Shown: positions 35,001 through 42,733 of the stretch, in pieces
Position numbering within the stretch: position 1 is the first letter of the stretch
Layout of the letters: the number at the start of each line of letters is the position of its first letter
Source of the DNA: Phycisphaerae bacterium
GTDB lineage: Bacteria > Planctomycetota > Phycisphaerae > UBA1845
DNA: 64,000 nucleotides
Direction of reading: 5' to 3'
Assembly: GCA_028289375.1 (NCBI GenBank)
Contig: JANQQK010000035.1
Coordinates: 113,497-177,496 of the forward strand
Program-made: the position numbers and the translations under genes
Notes under the pieces: model-generated
The model's input: the letters and a program-made list of their open reading frames with translations, nothing else
Databases searched by the model: none
Told to the model about the DNA's origin: nothing

Positions 35001-36715
35001 AGACGTTCGCCGCAGACGTTTCGGGTATCGAGACGTCCATCATTCTCGACATCGAAGCGGGTGTCGACGCCGTGCGACTGCTCAGCGGCGCGAGGCTCAG
35101 TGTGTCGGCGGGGAGCTTGAGACTCGACGAGGCCGCCGGCATCCGCAATGACGGTTCGCTCGCGATCCGGTCGGGGCGATCCATCGTGGCGGCTGCGCCG
35201 TCGCCAGTACGTTTGCTCGGCACGTCACCGTTTCGACTTGATGGCGCCACGGCTCGGTTGACGGGCATCGAATCCGACAATGCGTTCTTGAATCTTGGTC
35301 GCGTCGAGGGTAAGGGCATCATCGATTCGGCGTTCCTGAACGCATCAACCGCGACCGTGGAAGCCAATTCGCCAGGCTCAACGTTGCTCATCACAGGCCC
35401 CGGACGCAAGGTGAACAATGGCTTCTTCCGTGCGGTGGACGGTGCGACGTTGCACATTGGCAACACGAGCGTCAGCGGTTCCGGCAGGTTGCAGGCCTCG
35501 CGCGGCACGATTCTCATCGGACCGCTGGAAGGCCCGACGACCGCCGGCGGGTCCGATGGCTCGACGGTCACGGTGTCAGCCAATTCCGCCCAAGCCAGCA
35601 ATGGCGGCAATCTCTACGCCGACGGTGACGCTGAGACATTCCTCAGTGGTACGCTGACTATCGACAACTGCGGCACCTACCAGGCCGCGCCACTCTCCGA
35701 CGGCGTCTCAGCGTCGCTGTCCGTCAACGCGGTGGTCGTCGCCGAATCGATACCCGGCAGCGGCGGGAGCGTGTTGCTGACGCAATCGATGGATCTGTCG
35801 GTCACGAACGCTGTCGAACTGCAAGGGGGCGGGCTGCTGCAGTTGCTGGGTGGCTGCACGCCGCCGCGGCTGGAGATGTCGCAGAATTCGTCGATGTCCG
35901 CAGGGTCATTGAACATTGCCGGCAATGCGTATGTTGAAGTCGTCGACAATGCCGACGCAAACATCGGTGGTGACGTTGCGATGTTGGAGGCTGTGGGCTG
36001 CGATGGGACCAATCTGGGCGGTTGCACGCCGCCAAGGCTGACCGTGGTCGCACAAGCATCGATGACCGTCGGTGGCGATCTCACACTGCCGAACAGCGCG
36101 AACGTGACCGTCGGCAACAACCCCGACGAAGGCACCACGATGTCACTGGCTGGTGATTTCGTTAACGAGAGCACAACGCCGGAGACATTCCAGTGGCTCA
36201 ACGGAACACTGATACTCGACGGTGAGGATCAGCGATTCGAAACGGCAGGCAGGGATGTGGGAGCCGTGCCCGACGGATTGATCAACAACTTCGCCATCGG
36301 CCGGCTGGAAGTTGCATCGAACACGACCGTCACCTTCTCGGACATGTTCGACAATGATCGACTCGGACAGTCGCCCTGCACGGAAGCACTCTACGTCAAC
36401 GAGTTGGTGCTCGCACCGAACGCGATGATCATCCTGAATGAAACGACGATCTACGCGGGGACCGTGATCAACAACGGCGGCACGCTGCAAACCGACGGTG
36501 CGTGTGGTCGGTTGGCCCGCATCTGTGAGGGAGACTTCGACGGCGACTGCACGGTCACGCTGTCCGACTTCGACGACTTCCAAAACTGCGTCTCGGGACC
36601 GGGCAACGTCGCATTGTCCGAAGGATGTGCGGTTGCTGACTTTGATCTGGACGGCGACGTGGACTTCGTCGACTTCGGACGCTATCAGTCCTCTTCACGC
36701 ATGCCGGAGAATTGA
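32018..36715 (+). CDS. Giant (1,565-aa) secreted beta-helix/repeat protein with a dockerin-like C-terminus
   Basis: Signal peptide MSRMRVMRLPFFLWAGVFCVGMSRPVLA. About 12 degenerate repeats resemble the T5SS/PEP-CTERM-associated repeat. A Cys-rich CxDCNNNLIPDSCDLEAGTSSDTDSNGVPDEC module follows, then a second repeat region. The C-terminus is CEGDFDGDCTVTLSDFDDFQNCVSGP...GCAVADFDLDGDVDFVDF. Confidence 0.8.
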   Translation: MSRMRVMRLPFFLWAGVFCVGMSRPVLAVDRIWDQPTFGIFEFGSSWQGGVVPGPNDTAVFGATPTVSFAPVTVQFEFGANVGGMTVESGDYTLIAVTNNLSFNVSGAVDVGTRRSAQGPDLSSTADLTFDFSGGLTMGSVTIGIDRGFGPRDGNVSVTRFTQLFSSDLFIGRSADATGEATVRNSNASWNVTNGAFVGQAGTGFLDVVQSGRLLADSMEVATELTGSGTVNVNGQGSRIETEKSVEVGVRSEGNMFVTRGGMVTTNTFARLGTTAPAIGNVVVNGSGTSWTVQNSMEVGASGTGTLTVAGGGVVAAETANTGTSPGGEGTIIVTGPGSTFVTELQLWTGLGGDGELRVEDEGTVNTNTWARLAELGAATGLAFVDGAGSDWNINQTLDVGYRGHGELSITNGGRVFANSADTGTQIGSNGLIAVIGDDSSFETETELRIGNRGVGDLQIADGGLVETNAFARIGEATTSFGTADVTGTGSRWNISDSWAVGWQGPAIATFNDGGFVSANDLTIARFDDSFGSLEFNSASASISTFINVGANSAGEMNLYDGSSVNNDGFSRIGGSQQADGSVIVSNSTWDMAGFFQIGWQGAGALDINQGGHVSCDWVRVAEFEGSNGFVSVDGTGSSLQAAGFLNVGNKDIGSMFITDGGNVTANNSVIGNDQTGIGEIYVSGKGAKLSLTNQLRVGGRGDGLLDIRNGGQVSNTWCRVGESAGGLGDVTVSGPSSSWINTDFVDVGPNGVGKVHLENGGRISSPNFRINKFGLVDGDGKIEAPVINLGLFAAGTQGGVEITGDYTQAADGSMLITIDDSSSLAASSLLRVEGTAFLGGTLEIDFEEGFTPSPGTTYTVMTFASRVGKFAAFDCVGFENDDVLSIKYTKTSVELVVVEPCGPTCYDLSADCDGDGIVDACQISDCPGEDPSCQDCNNNLIPDSCDLEAGTSSDTDSNGVPDECVGWDGGGKTNRWSDAANWDDDTVPNNTVEQTFAADVSGIETSIILDIEAGVDAVRLLSGARLSVSAGSLRLDEAAGIRNDGSLAIRSGRSIVAAAPSPVRLLGTSPFRLDGATARLTGIESDNAFLNLGRVEGKGIIDSAFLNASTATVEANSPGSTLLITGPGRKVNNGFFRAVDGATLHIGNTSVSGSGRLQASRGTILIGPLEGPTTAGGSDGSTVTVSANSAQASNGGNLYADGDAETFLSGTLTIDNCGTYQAAPLSDGVSASLSVNAVVVAESIPGSGGSVLLTQSMDLSVTNAVELQGGGLLQLLGGCTPPRLEMSQNSSMSAGSLNIAGNAYVEVVDNADANIGGDVAMLEAVGCDGTNLGGCTPPRLTVVAQASMTVGGDLTLPNSANVTVGNNPDEGTTMSLAGDFVNESTTPETFQWLNGTLILDGEDQRFETAGRDVGAVPDGLINNFAIGRLEVASNTTVTFSDMFDNDRLGQSPCTEALYVNELVLAPNAMIILNETTIYAGTVINNGGTLQTDGACGRLARICEGDFDGDCTVTLSDFDDFQNCVSGPGNVALSEGCAVADFDLDGDVDFVDFGRYQSSSRMPEN
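32480..34340 (+). repeat. In-frame coding tandem repeats (~12 units of ~50-60 aa) inside the giant protein
   Basis: The pattern G-x-G-x-L-x-[VI]-x-x-GG-x-V ... G-x-[VI]-x-V-x-G-x-GS-x-[WF] recurs. Examples are GTGTLTVAGGGVV...VVNGSGTSWTV, GHGELSITNGGRV...FVDGAGSDWNI and GVGDLQIADGGLV...DVTGTGSRWNI. Confidence 0.75.
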
Positions 36716-36742
36716 TCCGACTCGTGCAGTGGCCACCGTGCG

Positions 36743-38068
36743 TCAACCGAGAAGCTGCCGTACTTCATGCTCCAGCGCGGCGATCGCATCGTCGGCCAAT
36801 TCGTAACGCACGCGCATGCTTGGCTTGTTCAACGTCAACAGCGACGCCAGATCAATCGGCGTGCCGATCAACACGAGATCGCAATCGGCTGCGTTGATCG
36901 TCTCCTCAAGCTCGGACATCTGACGCTCGCCGTAACCCATCGCCGGGAGGATATCCGTCAAGTGCGTGAACTTCGCGAACGTGTCACGAATCGAACCGAC
37001 GGCGTACGGTCTGGGGTCGACAATCTCCGCCGCTCCATTTGACGTCGCCGCCACGTGACCGGCGCCATACTTCATCTCGCCGTGCGTCAATGTCGGACCA
37101 TCCTCAACCACCAGCACGCGACGGCCCTTGATCGCGGCGGGATCGTCGACTGTGATGGGTGACTCGGCGCGAATGATGCGGGCTGTCGGGTTGATCGTGT
37201 GGATGTTCCGCTCCACCTGGTCGACATCTTCGGGACGGGCACTGCCCACCTTGTTGATGATGACGACGTCGGCCATCCGCACGTTCGTTTCGCCCGGATG
37301 GTACTGCAGCTCATGGCCGGCTCGGTGCGGGTCGGCCAACACGATGTACAGATCGGGTTTGTAGAACGACATGTCGTTGTTGCCACCGTCCCACAACACG
37401 ACATCGCATTCCTTCTCGGCCTCCCGCAGGATACGCTCATAGTCAATCCCGGCGTAGACGACGAAACCTGCCTGAATATGCGGGAAATACTCCTCGCGCT
37501 CTTCGATCGTGCAGCGATGCCGATCGAGGTCTTCCACTGTTTCAAACCGCTGACAGATCTGCTCGACCAGGTTGCCGTACGGCATCGGGTGACGGACCGC
37601 GACCGAGCGCTTGCCGAGTCTCTTCAATATCCCGAGGACGGCCCGCGTTGTCTGACTCTTGCCGCATCCCGTCCGCACCGCGCATACGGCGATGACCGGC
37701 TTGGTCGATCGGAGCATGGTGTGGCGATGGCCATTGATGCGGAAGTCCGCACCCGCCGCCGTCACGATCGAGGCTTTGTGCATCACTTCTTCGTACGGGA
37801 GATCCGAGTAGGACATCGACACCTGATCGACCTTGTGCTCGCGGATCAGATCAGCCAGGTCCGCCTCCGGTCGAATCGGAATGCCCTCCGGATAGCGCTC
37901 TCCGCACAACTCCGCCGGGTAGATACGACCGTCGATGTCGGGAATCTGTGCGGCTGTAAACGCGACGACCTTGAACCTCGGATCGTTCCGCCAATAGGTA
38001 TTGAAATCATGAAAATCGCGTCCCGCTGCCCCAAGGATAATCACCCGTTCCGTCTTTGCGTCAATCAT
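36743..38068 (-). CDS. COG2403-type P-loop protein (cyclic 2,3-diphosphoglycerate synthetase-like / predicted GTPase)
   Basis: The N-terminal segment VIILGAAGRDFHDFN and the P-loop AVCAVRTGCGKSQTT match the overall layout of the cDPGS-like family. The assignment is by recollection of that family, not by a search. The start ATG 38068 has a GAGGGG ribosome-binding site. Confidence 0.55.
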   Translation of the reverse strand: MIDAKTERVIILGAAGRDFHDFNTYWRNDPRFKVVAFTAAQIPDIDGRIYPAELCGERYPEGIPIRPEADLADLIREHKVDQVSMSYSDLPYEEVMHKASIVTAAGADFRINGHRHTMLRSTKPVIAVCAVRTGCGKSQTTRAVLGILKRLGKRSVAVRHPMPYGNLVEQICQRFETVEDLDRHRCTIEEREEYFPHIQAGFVVYAGIDYERILREAEKECDVVLWDGGNNDMSFYKPDLYIVLADPHRAGHELQYHPGETNVRMADVVIINKVGSARPEDVDQVERNIHTINPTARIIRAESPITVDDPAAIKGRRVLVVEDGPTLTHGEMKYGAGHVAATSNGAAEIVDPRPYAVGSIRDTFAKFTHLTDILPAMGYGERQMSELEETINAADCDLVLIGTPIDLASLLTLNKPSMRVRYELADDAIAALEHEVRQLLG

Positions 38069-38247
38069 CGCGCTTCGCCCCTCGTTGTGGTTCACTGCAT
38101 GGACTACCGCCACGTCCCATCCCACAAACCCTGTCATCGCCCCGACCAAGACATTTTAACGCAATCACTGCATCGAGGAAGTGTGCTGCTGTCCCGTCAG
38201 CATCGACCGATGTATGCTGCTTTTCGCTCATGTGCAGGAGAGGCGAA

Positions 38248-38754
38248 ATGAGTATTGAGTTGCGATTGGATGGGGCGGGCTGGTTGAACATCCTCTTGAA
38301 GACTGCGGAACGTGATATCGTGCTCGAATGCTCTTACGTGAGCGACACACTTGGCAACCTATTCGGAGGACTGTTACGCATCAGCACAGAGGGTGGCCGC
38401 GTCGAGATCTTGTGTTCACGGGAGACGGAAGACTCGATACTGTCTTTACGTCGCATAAGCGATGAGATTGAAATCGTAGTGAAACGCGTTCGCGATGGAC
38501 AAGACGATTCGGGCTGGACCATGTTCCGAAGGACGGGCAGATCAACCAAGCTGAGCACGCGGACCGTCTATCGTGGTCGCCTTGAGCTCTTGCGTACGAT
38601 CTCCCAATTGATTCGGTCGTGGCAAGCCGAATTGGATCGCCGGGGCTTGGATTGCATCCAGACGGAATGGGAACACCCGTTGCCGTTGACGCAGGTCGAC
38701 GCTTTGTCAGCGTTTCTTGCTGCGAAAGGGGTCGTGCGAGATGAGGCAGACTAG
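38248..38754 (+). CDS. Hypothetical protein (168 aa), orphan
   Basis: GGAGAGG ribosome-binding site 7 nt before the ATG. More A/T-rich than the flanks. No motif recognised. Its stop overlaps the stop of the convergent gene (CTAG). Confidence 0.5.
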   Translation: MSIELRLDGAGWLNILLKTAERDIVLECSYVSDTLGNLFGGLLRISTEGGRVEILCSRETEDSILSLRRISDEIEIVVKRVRDGQDDSGWTMFRRTGRSTKLSTRTVYRGRLELLRTISQLIRSWQAELDRRGLDCIQTEWEHPLPLTQVDALSAFLAAKGVVRDEAD

Positions 38755-39107
38755 CTCCAATCCTCGACCCACTCAACTAACGCGATGTCATTGTCACCAC
38801 TCGTCCCATGCTCGCAATACCATAGCTGTGGACTCTCATAGTCCCCTCGATCACTGTCGTGCACATGGCCACAATACGGACACGTCCAACAGATGTGGCA
38901 ACCATCGTCCGGTGATTCGCCACGAACCACAGGAAACGCCTCCTCGCTCGAAACGACCACCCACTGGTCATGCTCGTGAGGTTCATAGCTTGCGTTGTTG
39001 AATCTAAGTTCGTGCCACACGCCGGCTTCTGACATGCCGATCTGCCAACACTTGTCGCGCAGGAACGCCCGCCAAATCGTGACCGTTCGTCGCTCCAATT
39101 CGCTCAT
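38751..39107 (-). CDS. Hypothetical Cys/His-rich small protein (118 aa), translationally coupled to tkt-tal
   Basis: Its ATG overlaps the TGA of the upstream Tkt-Tal ORF (ATGA at 39104-39107). The cluster CHICWTCPYCGHVH...CEH suggests metal binding. Confidence 0.5.
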   Translation of the reverse strand: MSELERRTVTIWRAFLRDKCWQIGMSEAGVWHELRFNNASYEPHEHDQWVVVSSEEAFPVVRGESPDDGCHICWTCPYCGHVHDSDRGDYESPQLWYCEHGTSGDNDIALVEWVEDWS

Positions 39108-42100
39108 GCCGTCTGCAATTGCGTAACCTTCGTCTTCAGGTCGGCCATCAGGGCATCGAAGGAATTGGCAAAGGCTTTCACGCCGGCGGTGAGCAATTCG
39201 TCGGTCACGTCCGACATGTTGATGCCCTCGGCTTCGATGGCATCCATGGCCGCACGGTAACTGGCGACGTCCTGCTCGATGGCACTCGCGACAGCCCCAT
39301 GGTCCAGCACGGCATCGATCGTGTGCAGCGGCAGCGTGTTGACCGTCTCCGGACCAATCAGCGGATCAACATAGCACGTATCACCGTAGGCCGGATCCTT
39401 CGCACTCGTGCTGGCCCACAGCGGTCGCTGCACGCGCGAACCCATCTTGCGAAGCTTCTCGAATCGCGACCCGTGGAAGACGGCTTTGTAGTCGGCGTAT
39501 GCGAGCTTGGCGTTACCGACCGCAGCCATGCCGAGTCGCGTGCTGAGGTTCTTATGGCCTGCGTCGATCTTCTCGCGGATGCGCTTGTCGACGAGCGTGT
39601 CGACGCGGCTGACGAAGAAAGACGCGACACACGACACGCCGGTGACGTCCTGCCCCGCGTCGGCCCGTTTTTCCAAACCGCGGATGTAGGCTTCCATCAC
39701 CTTGGCGTACATCGCCCGCGAGAAGATCAGCGTGACGTTGACGTGAATGCCCTCGGCAATCAGCGTCTCGATCGCAGGGATGCCCTCCTCTGTCGCCGGA
39801 ACCTTGATGAACACGTTGGGGCGATTCAGCTTGCCGAACAACCGCCGCGCCTCCTCGACCGTGCCCTTGGTGTCGTGGGCCAAGTGTGGATTGACTTCGA
39901 GGCTGACGAATCCGTCGAGACCATTGGTCCGCTCGTAGACCGGTTTGAACAGGTCTGCTGCGTCGCCCACATCGCCGACAGTGAGCGCTTCATACACGTC
40001 ATCGGTAGACGCCCCATTGGCCACCAAATTCTCGATCGCGGCGTCGTAGTCGTCGCTGCCGGCGATGGCTTTGTGGAAGATGGTCGGGTTGCTCGTCACG
40101 CCGACGACGCCCTGATCGATCAACCGCTGGAGGTCGCCGCCTTCGATCATCGATCGGCTGATCGAGTCGCACCAGATGGACTGCCCCACCGCGTTGATCT
40201 GTTCGATCCGAGTTCCCATTGCGTCGCCACCCTCCTTCGCTCCGCCTGCCAATACCTGCCTGGCCACTTTGACCACATTCTCCGCCGTGAATCCGAATTC
40301 GCGCATCACCTCGCCCGCGGGCGCCGACTCGCCGAAACGATCCAATCCGATAATCGCGCCTTCGCTGCCGACGTACCGTTCCCAACCATGCGTCGCACCC
40401 GCCTCGATGGCCACCCGCTTCGTCACCGATGGCGGCAAAACATCGTTTCGATAGCTGATCGGCTGACGTTCGAACTGCTCCCAGCATGGCAGGCTGACGA
40501 CGCGAACCTTCACGCCCTCGCTCGTCAGTGATTCATACGCCGCCACACAATGCTGCAATTCCGAACCAGTCCCAATCAGGATCACGTCGGGCGAGCCGTC
40601 GCAGTCCGCCAACACATAACCACCCTTCGCCAACCCGCTCGCCGATGCATACGTCGACCGATCGAGCGTCGGCACACCCTGACGCGTCAACGCCAGCAGT
40701 ATGGGACGATCCGTCACCGACATGATGTAGCGCCACGCTTCGACCGTTTCGTTCGCGTCCGCTGGTCGAACAACATCAAGTCCCGGCATCGCACGCAAAG
40801 ACGCAACGTGTTCGACGGCCTGATGGGTCGGACCATCCTCGCCGAGTCCGATGCTGTCGTGCGTGAAAACGTAGATGACCGGCTGATGCATCATGGCCGA
40901 AAGGCGAATCGACGGCCGGCAATAATCTGTAAACGTCAAGAAGCTCGACACGAAGGGCCGCATACCGCTGAGCGACATCCCGTTCGCCGCCGCTGCCATC
41001 GCGTGCTCGCGAATGCCGAACGCGATGTTGCGACCCTCGGGTTGCTCTTTGGAAAACAGCGGGCTGTCCGGCACAATCGTTTTGGTGGAATTGACCAGGT
41101 CAGCCGAACCACCCATCAGCGCCGTCACTCTCGGCGCGATCGCCGCCAATGCCTTGCCACCGGCAGCGCGCGTGGCCATCCCCTTTGCATCAGCCTCGAA
41201 CACCGGCAGATGCGCATCCCAACCATCGGGACACTCCCGACTGCTCATCGCTTTCCACTCGGCCGCCAGCTTCGGATGATCAGCTTCGTACTGCTCGAAC
41301 ATCGCCCGCCACTGCTGCGAATACTCAATCCCGCGCGTTGCAGCCGCACCCGCCATGTGCGTTCGCACTTCTTCGGGAACGTGGAATGTCGCCTCCGGAT
41401 CCCAGCCATACGCCTGCTTGGTCAGCTTGATCTCATCCGCGCCGAGCGGTTCGCCGTGCGCCTTCGATGTGTTTTCGCGGTTCGGGCTGCCGAATCCGAT
41501 CTTGCTCTTGCACACGATCAGCGACGGGCGATTCGGCTCGGCGATCGCGGCTTCGAGCGCCACATGCACCTCATCAAGGTTGTTCGCGTCAGCCACGTGT
41601 GTCACGAACCAGCCGTAAGACTGAAACCGCGCAGCCACGTTCTCGGAAAACGCGATGTTCGTCCGGCCATCGATCGTGATCTCGTTGTCATCGTAGATCC
41701 AGACGAGGTTCGACAGGCCGAGATGCCCCGCCATGGAAGCCGCTTCCGCACCGACACCCTCCATCAGGTCACCATCGCTGCAGAGCGCAAACACGCGATG
41801 TTTGAACAACTCACAGCCCTGCGCGTTAAAATGGGCGTTTTGCCACGCTTGGGCGATGGCCATTCCGACCGAATTACCTACGCCCTGCCCAAGTGGCCCT
41901 GTCGTCGTTTCCACACCGGGACAAATGCCGTATTCCGGATGACCGGCACACTTTCCGCCCAGCTGACGAAAACTGCGCAGATCCTCCAGAGTGACATCAT
42001 ACCCATACAAATGGAGCAAACTGTAGATCAGCATCGACGCATGCCCCATCGACAGCACGAATCGGTCGCGGTCGGGCCAATCGGGGTTGGCGGGGTCAAA

Positions 42101-42250
42101 ACGCAGGAATCGGTCCCAAAGGACATAGGCCACCGGGGCCATGCCCATCGGCGCGCCGGGGTGGCCGCTGTTGGCCTGCTGAACGGCGTCGATGGAGAGG
42201 GTGCGAATGGTGTCGATGCACAACTGGTCGATCGAGCGTTCGGTGGTCAT
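39104..42250 (-). CDS. tkt/tal: Bifunctional transketolase (N-terminal ~670 aa) / transaldolase (C-terminal ~370 aa) fusion
   Basis: The N-terminus LSIDAVQQANSGHPGAPMGMAPVAYVLW...GHASMLIYSLLHLYGY is the transketolase ThDP motif region. The C-terminus QSIWCDSISRSMIEGGDLQRLIDQGVVGVTSNPTIFHKAI...FIKVPAT is a transaldolase with the active-site Lys context. One uninterrupted 1048-codon frame. Confidence 0.85.
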   Translation of the reverse strand: MTTERSIDQLCIDTIRTLSIDAVQQANSGHPGAPMGMAPVAYVLWDRFLRFDPANPDWPDRDRFVLSMGHASMLIYSLLHLYGYDVTLEDLRSFRQLGGKCAGHPEYGICPGVETTTGPLGQGVGNSVGMAIAQAWQNAHFNAQGCELFKHRVFALCSDGDLMEGVGAEAASMAGHLGLSNLVWIYDDNEITIDGRTNIAFSENVAARFQSYGWFVTHVADANNLDEVHVALEAAIAEPNRPSLIVCKSKIGFGSPNRENTSKAHGEPLGADEIKLTKQAYGWDPEATFHVPEEVRTHMAGAAATRGIEYSQQWRAMFEQYEADHPKLAAEWKAMSSRECPDGWDAHLPVFEADAKGMATRAAGGKALAAIAPRVTALMGGSADLVNSTKTIVPDSPLFSKEQPEGRNIAFGIREHAMAAAANGMSLSGMRPFVSSFLTFTDYCRPSIRLSAMMHQPVIYVFTHDSIGLGEDGPTHQAVEHVASLRAMPGLDVVRPADANETVEAWRYIMSVTDRPILLALTRQGVPTLDRSTYASASGLAKGGYVLADCDGSPDVILIGTGSELQHCVAAYESLTSEGVKVRVVSLPCWEQFERQPISYRNDVLPPSVTKRVAIEAGATHGWERYVGSEGAIIGLDRFGESAPAGEVMREFGFTAENVVKVARQVLAGGAKEGGDAMGTRIEQINAVGQSIWCDSISRSMIEGGDLQRLIDQGVVGVTSNPTIFHKAIAGSDDYDAAIENLVANGASTDDVYEALTVGDVGDAADLFKPVYERTNGLDGFVSLEVNPHLAHDTKGTVEEARRLFGKLNRPNVFIKVPATEEGIPAIETLIAEGIHVNVTLIFSRAMYAKVMEAYIRGLEKRADAGQDVTGVSCVASFFVSRVDTLVDKRIREKIDAGHKNLSTRLGMAAVGNAKLAYADYKAVFHGSRFEKLRKMGSRVQRPLWASTSAKDPAYGDTCYVDPLIGPETVNTLPLHTIDAVLDHGAVASAIEQDVASYRAAMDAIEAEGINMSDVTDELLTAGVKAFANSFDALMADLKTKVTQLQTA

Positions 42251-42298
42251 CTTGCTTTCCGGAATTGGGGTGGAGTTTCTGTTCGCCCTACGTGCGTA

Positions 42299-42327
42299 AC
42301 GCTAATGCCGCGCGGCGGGCCGTTCAA
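42299..42327 (-). promoter_or_regulatory. Candidate sigma-70-like promoter (TTGAAC-N17-TAGCGT) of tkt-tal
   Basis: The minus strand reads TTGAAC ggcccgccgcgcggcat TAGCGT, about 45 nt upstream of the ATG at 42250, which has a GGAAAG ribosome-binding site. Confidence 0.3.
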
Positions 42328-42450
42328 GTGGGCGATGATGCCACGCGCCGAATGCACCGGAGACACGGGCTGACAACGTCGCGCCGCGTCAATTGAACAG
42401 TGATTCGGCGTGTTTGCGTTCACGCGACAGAACTGCGGTGCGCGGCCGCC

Positions 42451-42456
42451 TATAAT
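42451..42456 (+). promoter_or_regulatory. Perfect TATAAT box at the edge of an A/T-richer island
   Basis: The sequence is gccgccTATAATgtgg. No good -35 element is seen. It lies about 80 nt upstream of a strong AGGAGG-preceded mini-ORF. Confidence 0.25.
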
Positions 42457-42536
42457 GTGGGTTGGCTGCAAAGCGAAAGCGAAAATACGACGCACGAGAG
42501 ATCACGTTTTTGCAGTTGCATCATAGGAGGCGGCGG

Positions 42537-42590
42537 ATGAAACATCACGGTACTGGCAAAAATAAATCGTCGCTTTCTGGCAAGACATGA
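42537..42590 (+). CDS. Candidate 17-codon mini-ORF (MKHHGTGKNKSSLSGKT*)
   Basis: A canonical AGGAGG lies 6 nt upstream of the ATG in an otherwise non-coding A/T-rich region. There is no homology evidence. Confidence 0.2.
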   Translation: MKHHGTGKNKSSLSGKT

Positions 42591-42733
42591 CGTTAATCGC
42601 CGATGTCTCAATTGAGGGGGACTTCGGTGTAAAAAGTTACGCGTCCAGTTTTCGTTTTCGTTATACTCGACGTTTGTGACTTATCGACCTGCAGGATCCA
42701 GGTCTCTTTGGCTTGACGTCTTTGGAGCCGCCC

